A DNA stretch of 53,382 nt, counting the filler, from Bipalium vagum (lineage: Eukaryota), in assembly GCA_037834085.1 (NCBI GenBank). It is 3 parts of 3 records of this genome, joined end to end, with 100 filler letters (N's around TTAATTAATTAA, not from the genome) between each part and the next. Parts side by side here need not be neighbours in the genome. Positions count along the whole stretch, not along the records: positions 1 to 20,910 come from JBBMKC010242500.1; positions 21,011 to 37,115 come from JBBMKC010126937.1; 1 more part is not named here. One strand, 5' to 3'. Below the pieces are notes generated by a model. The model did not search any database. It saw only the letters and a list, made by a program, of their open reading frames with translations, and was not told the origin of the DNA. Positions within the stretch are counted from its first letter, which is position 1. The number at the start of each line of letters is the position of its first letter. Shown in pieces: positions 13,376 through 25,300 of the stretch. Made by a program: the position numbers and the translations under genes.

Positions 13376-13725
13376 TAGATAGCCTGATGATATCCAAAGA
13401 AAATAAAGTTTTATTAATTTATAATTAACGAATGTATACTATTTGTGGAAATTTTTTTGGGACATTGTTTCATCACTTAAAGACTTGCAATATTTTCAAA
13501 ACATCCGCGCAAGAAATTTTAATATTTAAGCAAAATTTTATTGAGGTTCGTAATTTAATTTATATATTCATAATAAATTTTGCAAAAATGAATTTTTAAT
13601 AATTTCAAATCATTGTATAATTTTAAACCTAACAAAGAAAATTTCCAAGTCGTTTCTGTTAATTTTGAAGAACATTTGTGCCAGCATAAAATGAAAAAAT
13701 CATAAGAAATTGTGAATTCCAAATA

Positions 13726-14350
13726 CAGTGCAACTTCTATTTTGGATCACAAAATTTCAAAAGTGGTCCAAAAATAGAAGTTGGTCCAATATTAGAAGTT
13801 AAGACATAAAAAGGCTATAAAACATGTTTTATATGAACTTATATGGGCGTAATAATAGAAATTAAAAATAACAACAATAAGTCCAATAGATAATAATATA
13901 TTTCAACGTTTTTGAATTAAATAATAAGTAATTTTAGTTTTAATCCATGTTCTTTTCGTATATCCATTATGGACTTACTTTTAAAATCATAAAAGAGCTT
14001 TATATTTTGGGGCAGGTAATGCTTCGTGAATTCACCCATCTGATAAAAAATATTAAAAATGTCATTAATATCAGGTATCTTATCATCAGTCTCGCTATCT
14101 GAGCAAGACTCTACCACTATATCCTCTTGAATCTGTTCATATTCATTTTCGAATATTTCATCCGTAATTTCTTTTAAGTCCATCTCACTGTCAATTTCTT
14201 TTACAGATGAAAAAGCTTTTTCAAAACAATTTACGATTGTTGATGTTTTAATTGAATCCCATGCAATTACAGAAAACTATATGCAATCTAATATATTGAC
14301 ATTTTCATGCTTTCCGTGATATCATTCACTTCCTTTTCAATGCAATTTGC
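13726..14350 (-). mobile_element. pogo/Tigger-like element, 3' portion
   Basis: Minus-strand AWDSIKTSTIVNCFEKA followed by an acidic tail (ORF 13917-14183); terminus TA-CAGTGCAACTTCTA with repeated subterminal AATAGAAGTT motifs. Confidence 0.75.
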
Positions 14351-14429
14351 GGTAAGATTATTATTCTTGAAGGATTTTATCACACATATGATATTTTTTT
14401 ACTCATTCCTGATTTTGAAAATGTTATAT

Positions 14430-14740
14430 ACCAAAATATTATTAAAACAAATTATTAAATTTTTAAACAAATTTTTGGACCAAGAATTTTATTTGTTATA
14501 TGAAAATATCGAGAAATATGATAAGCACAAATTAGAATAGATATATTCATTTAAGAGTTAATAATTCATTCAATTTAAAGGATCCAGAAACAGGTGCTCA
14601 CGCTAATAGCATTGAACCAACCTGAATATATATCAAGTTTAATTTTTCATCCTCCGGAAAGATCAAGACCTACATAGCTAGTAAGTTTAGAATTTTTGAA
14701 AAAATTATATCCGCAAAGATTGTTTAATTTTTTTTGCTCT
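14430..14740 (+). mobile_element. Merlin (IS1016-like) transposase fragment
   Basis: From 14557 reads VNNSFNLKDPETGAHANSIEPT*, matching the Merlin motif VNHS.NFVDP.TGAHTN.IE..W. Confidence 0.75.
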
Positions 14741-17700
14741 CCCTCCTGTTTGACTGGCAGTGGCTATACCGACAACTGCAAGAGTAAATAAGCTCCGGCT
14801 CTTGGAACTGACAGTCCGTATAAACTATAAATAAAATCCTTGAACTGGAGAGGAAAAGAAGGACTGATATTCAAAACTATTTATGGAAACCTGTGCTGAT
14901 AGTAAAGACTGTTTTCTTTATCATAGTATCTTTGTGTAAAAGTACGGATTTTAGTAAAAGTAAAGACAAACTCAATAACCATTGTTCATATGGATTGTGC
15001 TCAGTCCTCGTCGAATTTCGACGGTTAGATATTCAAAATATATACCTTCAAAACTATTAAATCAAAACAGTTTTCTTCTATTCCAAGGGTATCATTCTAA
15101 AAAAAGTATTTCAGACGACCAGGTGAATAGTATGTTGGTATGCTGACTCGTTTATGAAAAAAATTAAAATTATTATTTCTTTAAAAGAATTAAATTTTAA
15201 AATTTTCCGTATATTTCTTCTTTTTGAAATTAAAATCTTCTGCTTGAATCGTTTCATTTATCCCTGAAGAATTTTCCCTAAGGACTTCCAAAGAATATGA
15301 TCCATAATGTACTGAAACCGTATGTGAATTAATGAAAGTGTGAACCTCAATAACGTAATTATTTGTGGAAAATATTTTATTTCACTTATATTTCATCCAA
15401 TAACAAAATAAAATTTAATCTTTTTTGTTATAATACAAAATTTTATTAGATTTAAGAATTGAGAAGAAAATGTGCTTTTGTCACAAAAATTCAAAAAGGG
15501 GAAAAAAGTAGTGAGAAAAAATTAATTGTATTCTTAAAAGCTTTGTTTAGAGCATTTTAATTTTTAAAAATTTAACAAAAATATTCATTTTTTCATACTT
15601 TTCCACAAAATGCTAATTACCAAAGGCGACATCTCCAAAATTAGATAAAAATAAATTAACAAAAAATCTTTTTTATTTTAATAAATCCAGAGGAACTTTT
15701 AATTTATTAAATTTCCATTCTGAATTTGGGGTTTTTGTAAAGAAAATATGATTTAATTAAAAATTATTTATTATTTTTAATTTTCCAAAATAAAAATAAT
15801 ATAATCGATATTAAACCACAATATTTGATTCTGGAGACCAATTACCGGGAAAATATTTATATATAAAATATAATTCAATAAATAATACTTTCGGTTAAAT
15901 TTCTCGATGAAAAAAATTTCTTTCCTGGTACTACATACATTTTTTCTGGGTCATAAATGGTGCTGATTTTAAAGCTGTATTTACTATTTTTGTGTCACGT
16001 CTACTTTTCTTGTTATATCTTTTTGTAGGAAACGTGAATTACAATTGTTACTATTATACCTTAACAAAGTAACCTTCGATCGTTAATCAACAACTTTTCA
16101 CTATACGATTTTGTGTTCGTTTTACTATCGTAGCGGCACAAATTTAAACCTTATGTGAATTAAAACTTTCACAATAATGCTCTATCCGCACCCTAAGTGA
16201 ATCAAAGCAATCACAAATAAACTTTATTAAAAAAAAATCAAACGTTGTACAACACAGTTCAGTTCAATATACAGGAGGATCAAATATCTGACAAGTCACT
16301 ATCACCAAATTAATCAGAGGTCCGCACTGTAAAAAATGATAAAAATGTCGAATCAAATAAAATCAAAATACACTAAATAAATGTTGATCTGGAACTTTAA
16401 TGAATTATTATTAAACAAAAAAACAAAAAATTAATAATACTCTCACTCGGAGTGACAATGGGTCCGGTTCGTCTACTAGGTCCTTTTCAGGTCGCCTAGG
16501 GATTCCCAAACTCGCTGGGATCCCTTGTATATTCCAACAGCGAGATCTTGATATATGGCTTTTCTTGGAATTATTTCTGATCTTCAATTAAAATAATTTA
16601 AGTTACTTTTTTAAAAATAAGAGTTTGATTTAATAATATTATTATAATTCTCACGATTTGTGCCTCGGCAAACCCAACACGATCACTGATTTCCATCTTA
16701 TCTCATAAGTTCAAATTAAACATATTAATATCGAGAATAATTTTTAAAATGTAAATATTTATTGATCACTAGCCAGCAGAAGTCTCCCATCATTCTCTCA
16801 TCGTAACATCCGAATATCTCTTTATTAATAAAAATTCTTATAATTATTAATATATTTCAAAATTTAAGATTTCTTTGATACCTCTTTTTTATCATAAACT
16901 CCTTTATTAATAATGAAATATAAACTGCAATTAATAATTAATATTAAATAATAAATTATTTGGATAATAAATTTTTCTTTGAAGATATCTCTTCGTATTC
17001 ACATAGTAATTTTCTGTTTCTTTTCAAAAACATCAGATTTCCTTATGGAATCCGTTTGCTTAGAGAATCCATTGAAACGGAATTCAATTGAAATTTAAAT
17101 GAATTTATTATGAATTTTTATATATTTGTATTATTTATTATAATATACAAAAATAACAAATCATATTCAAATTAGTTTTCGTAATTTTTAAAAAAATATT
17201 TTTGTTCGATTTTCTGAAATAATAGACCTGTGTAATTATTTCTATTCTTAATCAATAAATCTTTTCTGAAAAATAATATTTTTAAAAAAAATTCCTTTTT
17301 TTCAAGAAAATTTTAAAATCTTTGTAGAAATCGTGAAGATTAATTGTTTCTTTTCAGATAAAATTTTAAAATGCACGAAGATAGATTTGTGACTTTCAGA
17401 ACAAGAAAAAATATAATAAATCAAAAATATATCAAAAATTATTTATAATTAAGAGATTACAGTTTTAATATTATTAAAAACATTAAAATAAATAAAACAT
17501 TTTGAAAATAAAAAAAAATTATAAATTTAAAAATGAAAAATGTCTATCTGGTTTCGTGATAAATAATTTCAGAACAAAAGTTTAAAGTAATGTTTTATAT
17601 TAACTAAAAAGCAAGTCTGCACAATTCAAAAAGTATCATAAGAAAATTTTAAATATTTTTAAAAAATTATTTTTACCTATTTCTTAAAAAATTAAGTTTT

Positions 17701-19329
17701 AACAATAAAGTTTTTAAATGATGGAAATTTCACAGTTCTTAAAAGAATGAGACACAAAATTTATTAAACCATGCGTTTTATACGTCACTACAATTTTAAA
17801 GTGAATTTTACCGATTTAAAATGTAAATAATGTTCAAGTAACTTTTTTGCATTTGTATTTCTAACGACTATCTAAGATAGTTTTAATTCATCATTGTAAG
17901 CATTATCATCATGGCTCTTTCAAATGTAATAAGAATTTGGATTATGATTCTTTTCTCAAAGTCTGAGTCAAACTTCCTAATAAATTTTATGATTCAATCT
18001 TATAAATTCTGATACTTTCATTGTTTTCAAACTGTTATTGTAAAGATTTTTAAGAAAAAGATACCAATAATGTTTTAAAAATTATATGTAAGGGTTTTCG
18101 GAAAATGGAATTTATCTTAAATTTAATCTCTCAAAATTTGTTATCTTAGCTCGTGAAACGTATTCTTGAATAGTCTTACTTTAACTTAAATTGAACTCTG
18201 ACCACTATATAATTTCTTATTTTGTATAAAGTCCAGAACTTTATATGAAGAACACTAGCAAAAAATAAAGTCAATTCAGTATCAAAAATACAAAAGATTT
18301 GAAAGCCTTTGACTATTGTTACATCAAGGTAACTAAATGAAAAGAAATGCTGAATCCAAAGGTAAAAGAAGAGGAACATAAATTGAAATACTGAAACAGA
18401 AAACTGTTATTCAACCGTTTCAGTGTACTGACAACTCCTTTGCAAGCCAAAAAAAAATTTGCAAAAATGTTTAGATGTATTGCTAAAACTCATAAGTTTG
18501 ATAGGTCTAATATGTTTCAACTGGTAACGAGATCATTTACTTCAGATGGATCTTCGAAAAGTTTATAAAGCTTGTATAACAATTCGATATAATGAATTTC
18601 ATTATGATGTCCAAAATAAATAATAAATAGATTTCAATTTCTATGAATGAAGGATCTGGCTTAATTATTCGGTAATTAAAAATTAAAACGCTTTCGATTT
18701 GTAATTTTATTATTTTGTTATATAATTAGATAGCTCTGTCAGTGTCATTCTCAATACAATCCTCTAAAATATAAAATATTATATAATAATTTCTAGTAAT
18801 TATTTGGTGAAATAAAACTTTAATTTCACTAAAGAAATAATCTTAAAAATTAATTTAAATCTGAAACCGAATTTCATTATTTTCTTCTTTGATAAAAATT
18901 AATAATTTTTATTTATTTATTGATTTATTGCTCTAACGATCGTGGTTTTTCTGATTTAGATTATCGATTTGTGTGATGAGTTGTCTGGAACTGTTATTTC
19001 AGTTAGGAATTGTTGAGGTTCGCTGAAGTGAATGATAGTTAGACTTGTGGAATGTGTATGGACTTTAAAAAAATAAAGAATGACTCTGAAATCCATTATT
19101 ATTGTTTTAATTTTCGAACTAAATAGTATTTAGGACTAATGAAAAATTAAGAGTTTGCACAGATAAAATCACTCATTATTAAATAATATTGGTAATTATT
19201 ATTAATAAATAATTTTTTTAATGTAACTTGTGTAATTTCTTTATTGGAAATTATTTCCAATTTGTAATATTAATTGGTCTTACCTCAATAATAATAATGA
19301 AAATATTATGCATGTTTTAGAGATAAGAA

Positions 19330-20226
19330 TCTAGCAATCATACAAATTTTATTCTGAAAAATACAGACCATTATGTGTTCAACTGTCTGAATCCAACGAT
19401 GAGTAAGTTGTTCGATGCCACTCCGGTAATATGCTTTATCTTTGAAAAGGAAAAATTCACGAAATACATTTTCGTCCTCTAACGAAATGAGCCATTAATC
19501 GGTAAAGGTGGTAATCGCTGGGTGACAGATCTGGACTGAACGCAGGATGTGGTAAAATTTCAATTCCTTCTAATTGAGTATTTTTATTTTGCGTTACTCG
19601 CGCGGTATACGGACGAGCATTATGCTGTTGCAGAATCACCCGCTTTCTATTGACTAAAGCAAGATATTTTATGGCTAATTGTTGGTACATCCGATCGAGT
19701 TGAGCAGAATATAACTCAGAAGTAATGGTTTGGCCATTTGAAAGTACTTCAAAGTGTATAATCCTCTTAAAGTTACACCACACGCACAACATAATCTTTT
19801 TTCCGAAACTATCTTGTTTCGGAACAGTTTTGGGCTTCTGGTTTGGTTTATTTCATTGATTTCCTGTTCGGATTATAAAAATATATATATTTTTCGTCAC
19901 ACGTGACTATATGACGTATAAAGCTTTCATCATTTGGATTAACTAATAATTGACGACAGATCGGCAAACGGCGTTCAGCTTGACTTGGTGTCAAATCATG
20001 AGGTACTTCAGAAATGCACTTGTAAGATTATAAAATTTCGTTTTAGATTTTCTTAAGATTATAAAATCATTAAAATATTCGATGATAAACTGTAATTTTC
20101 TTCACCACTTGACTTATCTTCTTTTCTTTTTGATTGATGATTCCCAGAATTTAAACAAATAATATATTTAAAATTTGCTTTTAAAGTTTTTGTAGAAAGA
20201 ATGCACGGACTTATGAATCAACCCAA
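19330..20226 (-). mobile_element. Degenerate mariner element
   Basis: ORF 19457-19792 has MLCVWCN, LQQHNARPY and HPAFSPDLSPSDYHLYR; upstream VPHDLTP; TIR-like TTGGGTTGATTCATAAGTCCGTGC at ~20203-20226. Confidence 0.9.
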
Positions 20227-20234
20227 TAATAATA

Positions 20235-20480
20235 TTAGGTTTGTGAATTATTTTTTCAGAAATTTATTACCGAAAATATGCACATATTTATTGTGGAAAG
20301 TATTGTTCACCACTTGATACTACCTGCTGCTATCTTTCATTCAACATATGGATTCTGGTTGAAAAAAATCTTTAAATTTTGAGAAGATTCAAGATTTGAT
20401 CCAGTTCTTGGTTTCTTCTTACAAATGAAAATACTGGTTAGCCAGATTATGTAACATCGAACAAAACAGTTAGTAATTCG
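20235..20480 (-). mobile_element. Mariner 3'-end remnant
   Basis: Minus-strand FFSTRIHMLNER*QQVVSSGEQYF and a TIR-like TTAGGTT end. Confidence 0.6.
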
Positions 20481-20910
20481 TGTTGTGATCCATAGAAAAA
20501 GAGGTCCCAGCATCAATCAACTCAAATTCAAAGCCCACAAAGGAGCCGGAACCGCTACAGACAGAACAAGAGCTTATGAAGGATGATTCTCCAAAGCTCA
20601 TAATTGAAAATTAATAAACATTTTGATTTTGAAAATTTGCATGAAAAAGCCTTGTTAGAGTTACTTTCTTTTATATTTTGACTCTTTTTGTCATTTCATA
20701 TTTTAGTTTATATTTTATAAAAATTAATAAAATTTAAATTATATATTCGTTTTTAATTAATATAATTAAATGAATTAATAATAATATAAATTGTGGGTTG
20801 AAGTTAATTAAAACTTAACACACAAAATTGGTAAAAAATAATTATAATGAGTAATAATGAATAATAATAAATCAGAAAATAAAACTTACTAAAAATACAT
20901 TAGTATGAGA

Positions 20911-21010
20911 NNNNNNNNNNNNNNNNNNNNNNNNNNNNNNNNNNNNNNNNNNNNTTAATTAATTAANNNNNNNNNNNNNNNNNNNNNNNNNNNNNNNNNN
21001 NNNNNNNNNN
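20911..21010. other. 100-nt assembly spacer with six-frame-stop linker (N44-TTAATTAATTAA-N44)
   Basis: Directly visible; an identical construct occurs at 37116-37215. Confidence 0.97.
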
Positions 21011-22164
21011 ACAAATTTTCCTTTATTAATTCATACTGCAAAAATTAAGTTTCATAAACCGCCATTAATTTCTTTACAACCTAATAAATCGAATAGGATT
21101 TATATTGATACATTAACATTTTCGTTAGATTCTTTTGGTGCTTTTCTTCTAGAATTATTTAATTTTTCCAAATGAACGGGTATTGTATATTTCTTTTGGA
21201 TCTTTAATTTTTTGGAGTTTGAATATATTTCACTTTATGATTCTGGTTTACGTTGAATAAATTTGTTGTTCTCACACGTCGGTTTATTTCACTCGTGGGC
21301 TTACAGTAGAGCGTCACCATACTAAAGATTTGGGAGTCAGAATAAACCTAGTTAATTAATATTAAAATATACATATTTTCCTTCGACATTGTCAATTCTT
21401 AACAATTGACATCAGAATTGTTACATCTTTCATTTGACCTTAACCTAGATTTTTATCTTAACAGAAATCTCAAATAATCATTTAAGAGAGGAATGGGACA
21501 TCGAAAGAGAATTATTCGGTATAGACGAGAAGTTGGCGGTGTTATGATGAAGATGGCTTCTTAGTAATAAATCTCAAGTACTTTTAGACTATGAATGTTC
21601 CACGTATTTATGAAAACATTCTCCGAAGTTTGTTCAAAATCCATTTTTCTCTTCACCGATTAAATCCATAAATATTTGTAATGATTTTATTAAAAGTGTA
21701 GACCTAAGAGAAAACAATCATAAGAAAATACTTTCACCTGGTCCCAAGGATATTTTTATAACATTTGCATATTTCCCTTGAATGAAAGACCCGTTTCGTA
21801 CATCTCTTAGGCTACTAATGGTTGAAACTTTACCGAGGGAAAAAGGAAATTAATTAGAACAAGCAGATAAAATGAGATTTTTATTATTAATTTTCAAAAG
21901 GAATATCATATCTAAATCTTACAATGAAACACAATTTCGTAATTAATCGAAAAATAATCGATAGTGCACACGAAACCATATTCACATGGTCAAGGGAGAT
22001 TCAGACGTTCAAGGTTTCCAACAGCTGATAGTCCGTCATTTCGTCATCTTGAATTCAGAAGAGATCAGACCGTGTTCGATCATACAGCAACGAATTGAAA
22101 TGGCGGCTATACACGTTTAATTGTGTCATCTCAAAGGATAACGAGTGGCAGAACGCAATGAAAG

Positions 22165-22361
22165 CTACACAAGTTCAGAATTGGAAGTAAGCAGTTCCTG
22201 AAACTGAGAAATATATTTTTTGATTTTCAAGCAAGTCAATCTGGAATCTGGCGAGGGGCCCCAACACTGAGGTATTATAAAACAAAGCAGATCAATGATA
22301 CTCGCAGGGGAAACATTACAATCTGGATTCATTATTACTGATGATAATTGATCTGAGGTGC
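22165..22361 (-). CDS. Type I receptor exon 4 (kinase subdomain XI and stop)
   Basis: Acceptor ttctag|GC in phase 1; encodes [26 protein letters not shown] (compare ECW..NPAARLTALRIKKTL); TAG at 22165-22167. Confidence 0.88.
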
Positions 22362-25300
22362 CTAGAATATCAAATAAAATAATATTGATAAAAATAACAA
22401 TAATCATAAGAGTGACAATAGTTAATAGGCTGCATCAAAAGTTCCCGTTAATTCAAAATTCACACCAACCATAGTGCAATTATATATGAAAAATGGCATG
22501 GAATCAATTGATTATTTTTAAAAATAATAACCCTTATTATGTACAACTTGTTACCATAATGCGCCGTTTTTATTTTTTTTGTGTCATTCTTTAGACATTG
22601 AGGTAAAGAACTTCCTGCAAAATTTCTCTACTTCTTCAAGATTAACAAACTGATGTCCTCTCCAAAGTTGTTCTACCGAAATAAAAAGTGCATAACCTAA
22701 GGGTGCCAGGTCTGGACTATAAGGAGGATTAGGCAAGAATTCAATCCCATCGATTGTAGTTAATTTATCTTGCGTCAAAATAGACAGTGAGGTGGCACAT
22801 TGTCATGCTGATAAAGCAGTCACTTTATTGATTAAACATGAATATTTTCTTGTAAAACTGTCAAACTGTTCACAGTAAACCATTGAAAGCACGACCACGT
22901 GGAACAAACTCAAAATGAATTACACCTTCATAATTCCACCAAACACTGATGATATCCGTTTTCCAAAATCGATTTCTTTGGACAATTGTTGCAGGAGGTT
23001 GGTCATGTAATATTTAATATTCACCTTTCCCGTGATAAATATAAGACTGACAAAATTATATTTCAGAAATTGACCATTTGGTAAAGAGCCCGTGTCTCTG
23101 AAATTTAACATTGCAAAAAATTGATTGTAGGAAGATATACGAGACCACTCAAACCCTGTTCTATCATTATCTTGTTACATATTTAATTTGTTCGAAGTGA
23201 CTTCGGTTTTGTTAATAAAAATCAAGATAATAGTTGCATTAAGATTTCGTACACATCGATCTCTTGTTCTTATTTGAGAACGATGTCATGTAGATAAGGA
23301 TATATTCAGGTGAATAGATTTCGTTTTCGTTGAAAGTTTCAGGGATTGAATCTCTTAGTAAGAGTTCGATGAGGCGAGATCGGGCTGATATGGTAAATGT
23401 GATATCACATTTGATCCAACAACCAATATTTCGATCGAGCCACCAAACTTAAATTGGGTCTGGTGTGATCATGCTAAATACTTTTTTTAATCTTTCACCC
23501 AGTGGCAGTGTCTTCAACTTCACACAGTTATTTAACTTTCCCAAAGGGCATCAGTTTCTTTTAATTGACTTCAGCTTGTGTTTTGCTTTGAGGTAGTTCA
23601 TCTTTCCTGATACATAACCGCATTGATTTAGTGTTACCAAACCATTCCTGATCATCCAATATGATTTTTTCAAAAATGGCTCATTTTTCTCACATTTTAG
23701 ACACAAATCACAGATTCCAAATCGATAAACTATCCATTTTCTTTGTGAATTTCAAGATTTTTTAAATAAACAAAGTGCTTCAAATGAATTTGTGGACAGC
23801 TGAATAAGACAAATCCACTGATTTTCAAATTTGTTCCAAATGCCGTTTTTCTTTTACTACATTCTTCAGTTTATTATTATCAGCTTTAATTGATCTTCCA
23901 GAACATAGGTCAACTCGAAGGTCAACATTTCCCAAACGAAACCTAAAAAACAATGTTTGACACTGACATCCAGTTATCAAGCCTTTCCATGACACTTAAG
24001 CAGTATTTGTAGCTTATATATTAGGTGTAATAATAAATAATACAGATTTCAATCTGCGATTAATGTTTAAATCAATTATTAATATTGCATCACGTTTTCA
24101 AGAAGATCAATTAGAAATTTTTAAAAAAATCGGTCCAGCAGTGTCTGACTTGGCAAAAAATCAGGTGCTTATAATATATAATGAATGGCAACATGTCCTT
24201 CTCTTCTTAATAAACAGCGTCGAAAGTCGTTCTTATGGAAAGTCATAACGGGAGATGAGAGATTGATTCAATATGATAGCTCGAGACGTAAAAAGTCCTG
24301 GGTGTATCCTAGAGAACGGATTAACATCGGTCGGAAAGTCAAATCGTTTCCGAAAAAAAATAATGGTCTCCATTTAGTTTGATATTAAGGGTGTGATATA
24401 CTATAAGCTGTTGGGACATTTTCTGTCGATCGCTACAAAAACCAATTATTCCGATTGGGTCTACATTTTGAGTTAAAATGCCCATTTAGTGGGAAAGGAA
24501 ACCGACCTATGATATTTTTGCATGACAACGCTAGACCACATATAGCTTCAAAGACAAAGAACACCGCAATGCAGCTTGGCTGGGAAATCTTGGATCATCT
24601 AGCGTATTCACTAGACAGTTGCTCCAACTGTTTATTATTTGTGAGGTCAATGCAGCATGGCTTGTGTGATGCACACTTTCAATCAGTGGATGCCATACGA
24701 AAATGACTTAGGAATTTTAGGCTTCCAAACAACCAGAAGTTTTTCAACATGGAATTCATCAACTTCCTCGAAGATGGCTCATAGTTATCCATGACAAAGG
24801 GGATTATTTTGATTGGTAAATTTGTATCAGTTTTAATAAAATAAATTTTGAAGGTAGTCAAAAATTTGGATTATTTATGTGTACACCTAATAAAAAGTCG
24901 ATACTGCAATTTTTTATCTTGGATATCAAATTTGACCGAAAATATAATGACATAAATTTACCGATAAGTCAATATAGGAATATCGATTGTCGTAATAAAT
25001 ATTGAATTAATAATTTAAAACTAGTTTTATTGCTCTAAATTAAATCGATAACATTGGGATGTAAAAAAAATAAAACGAAATCGATTCCGAGAGGATTAAT
25101 AAATTATTTTTTATTAAAAATTTATTTGAATTAAAAATATTAATAAATGAATCTAAAAAAGTGGGTCCAGCGTGCAACAATTTTGTTTAATAATTGATTT
25201 GACACTCATTTCAGGACAAGCTAAGTTTCTGTAGGTCAAATATTTGACAAAAATTTCATTTGTGCATTGTATTAAAAAAAATATTATTTGAAGACAAACA

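Noticed and set aside
20955-20966. TTAATTAATTAA palindrome as a biological motif
   Set aside because: Centred in exactly 44 N on each side and repeated at 37160; an assembly linker.
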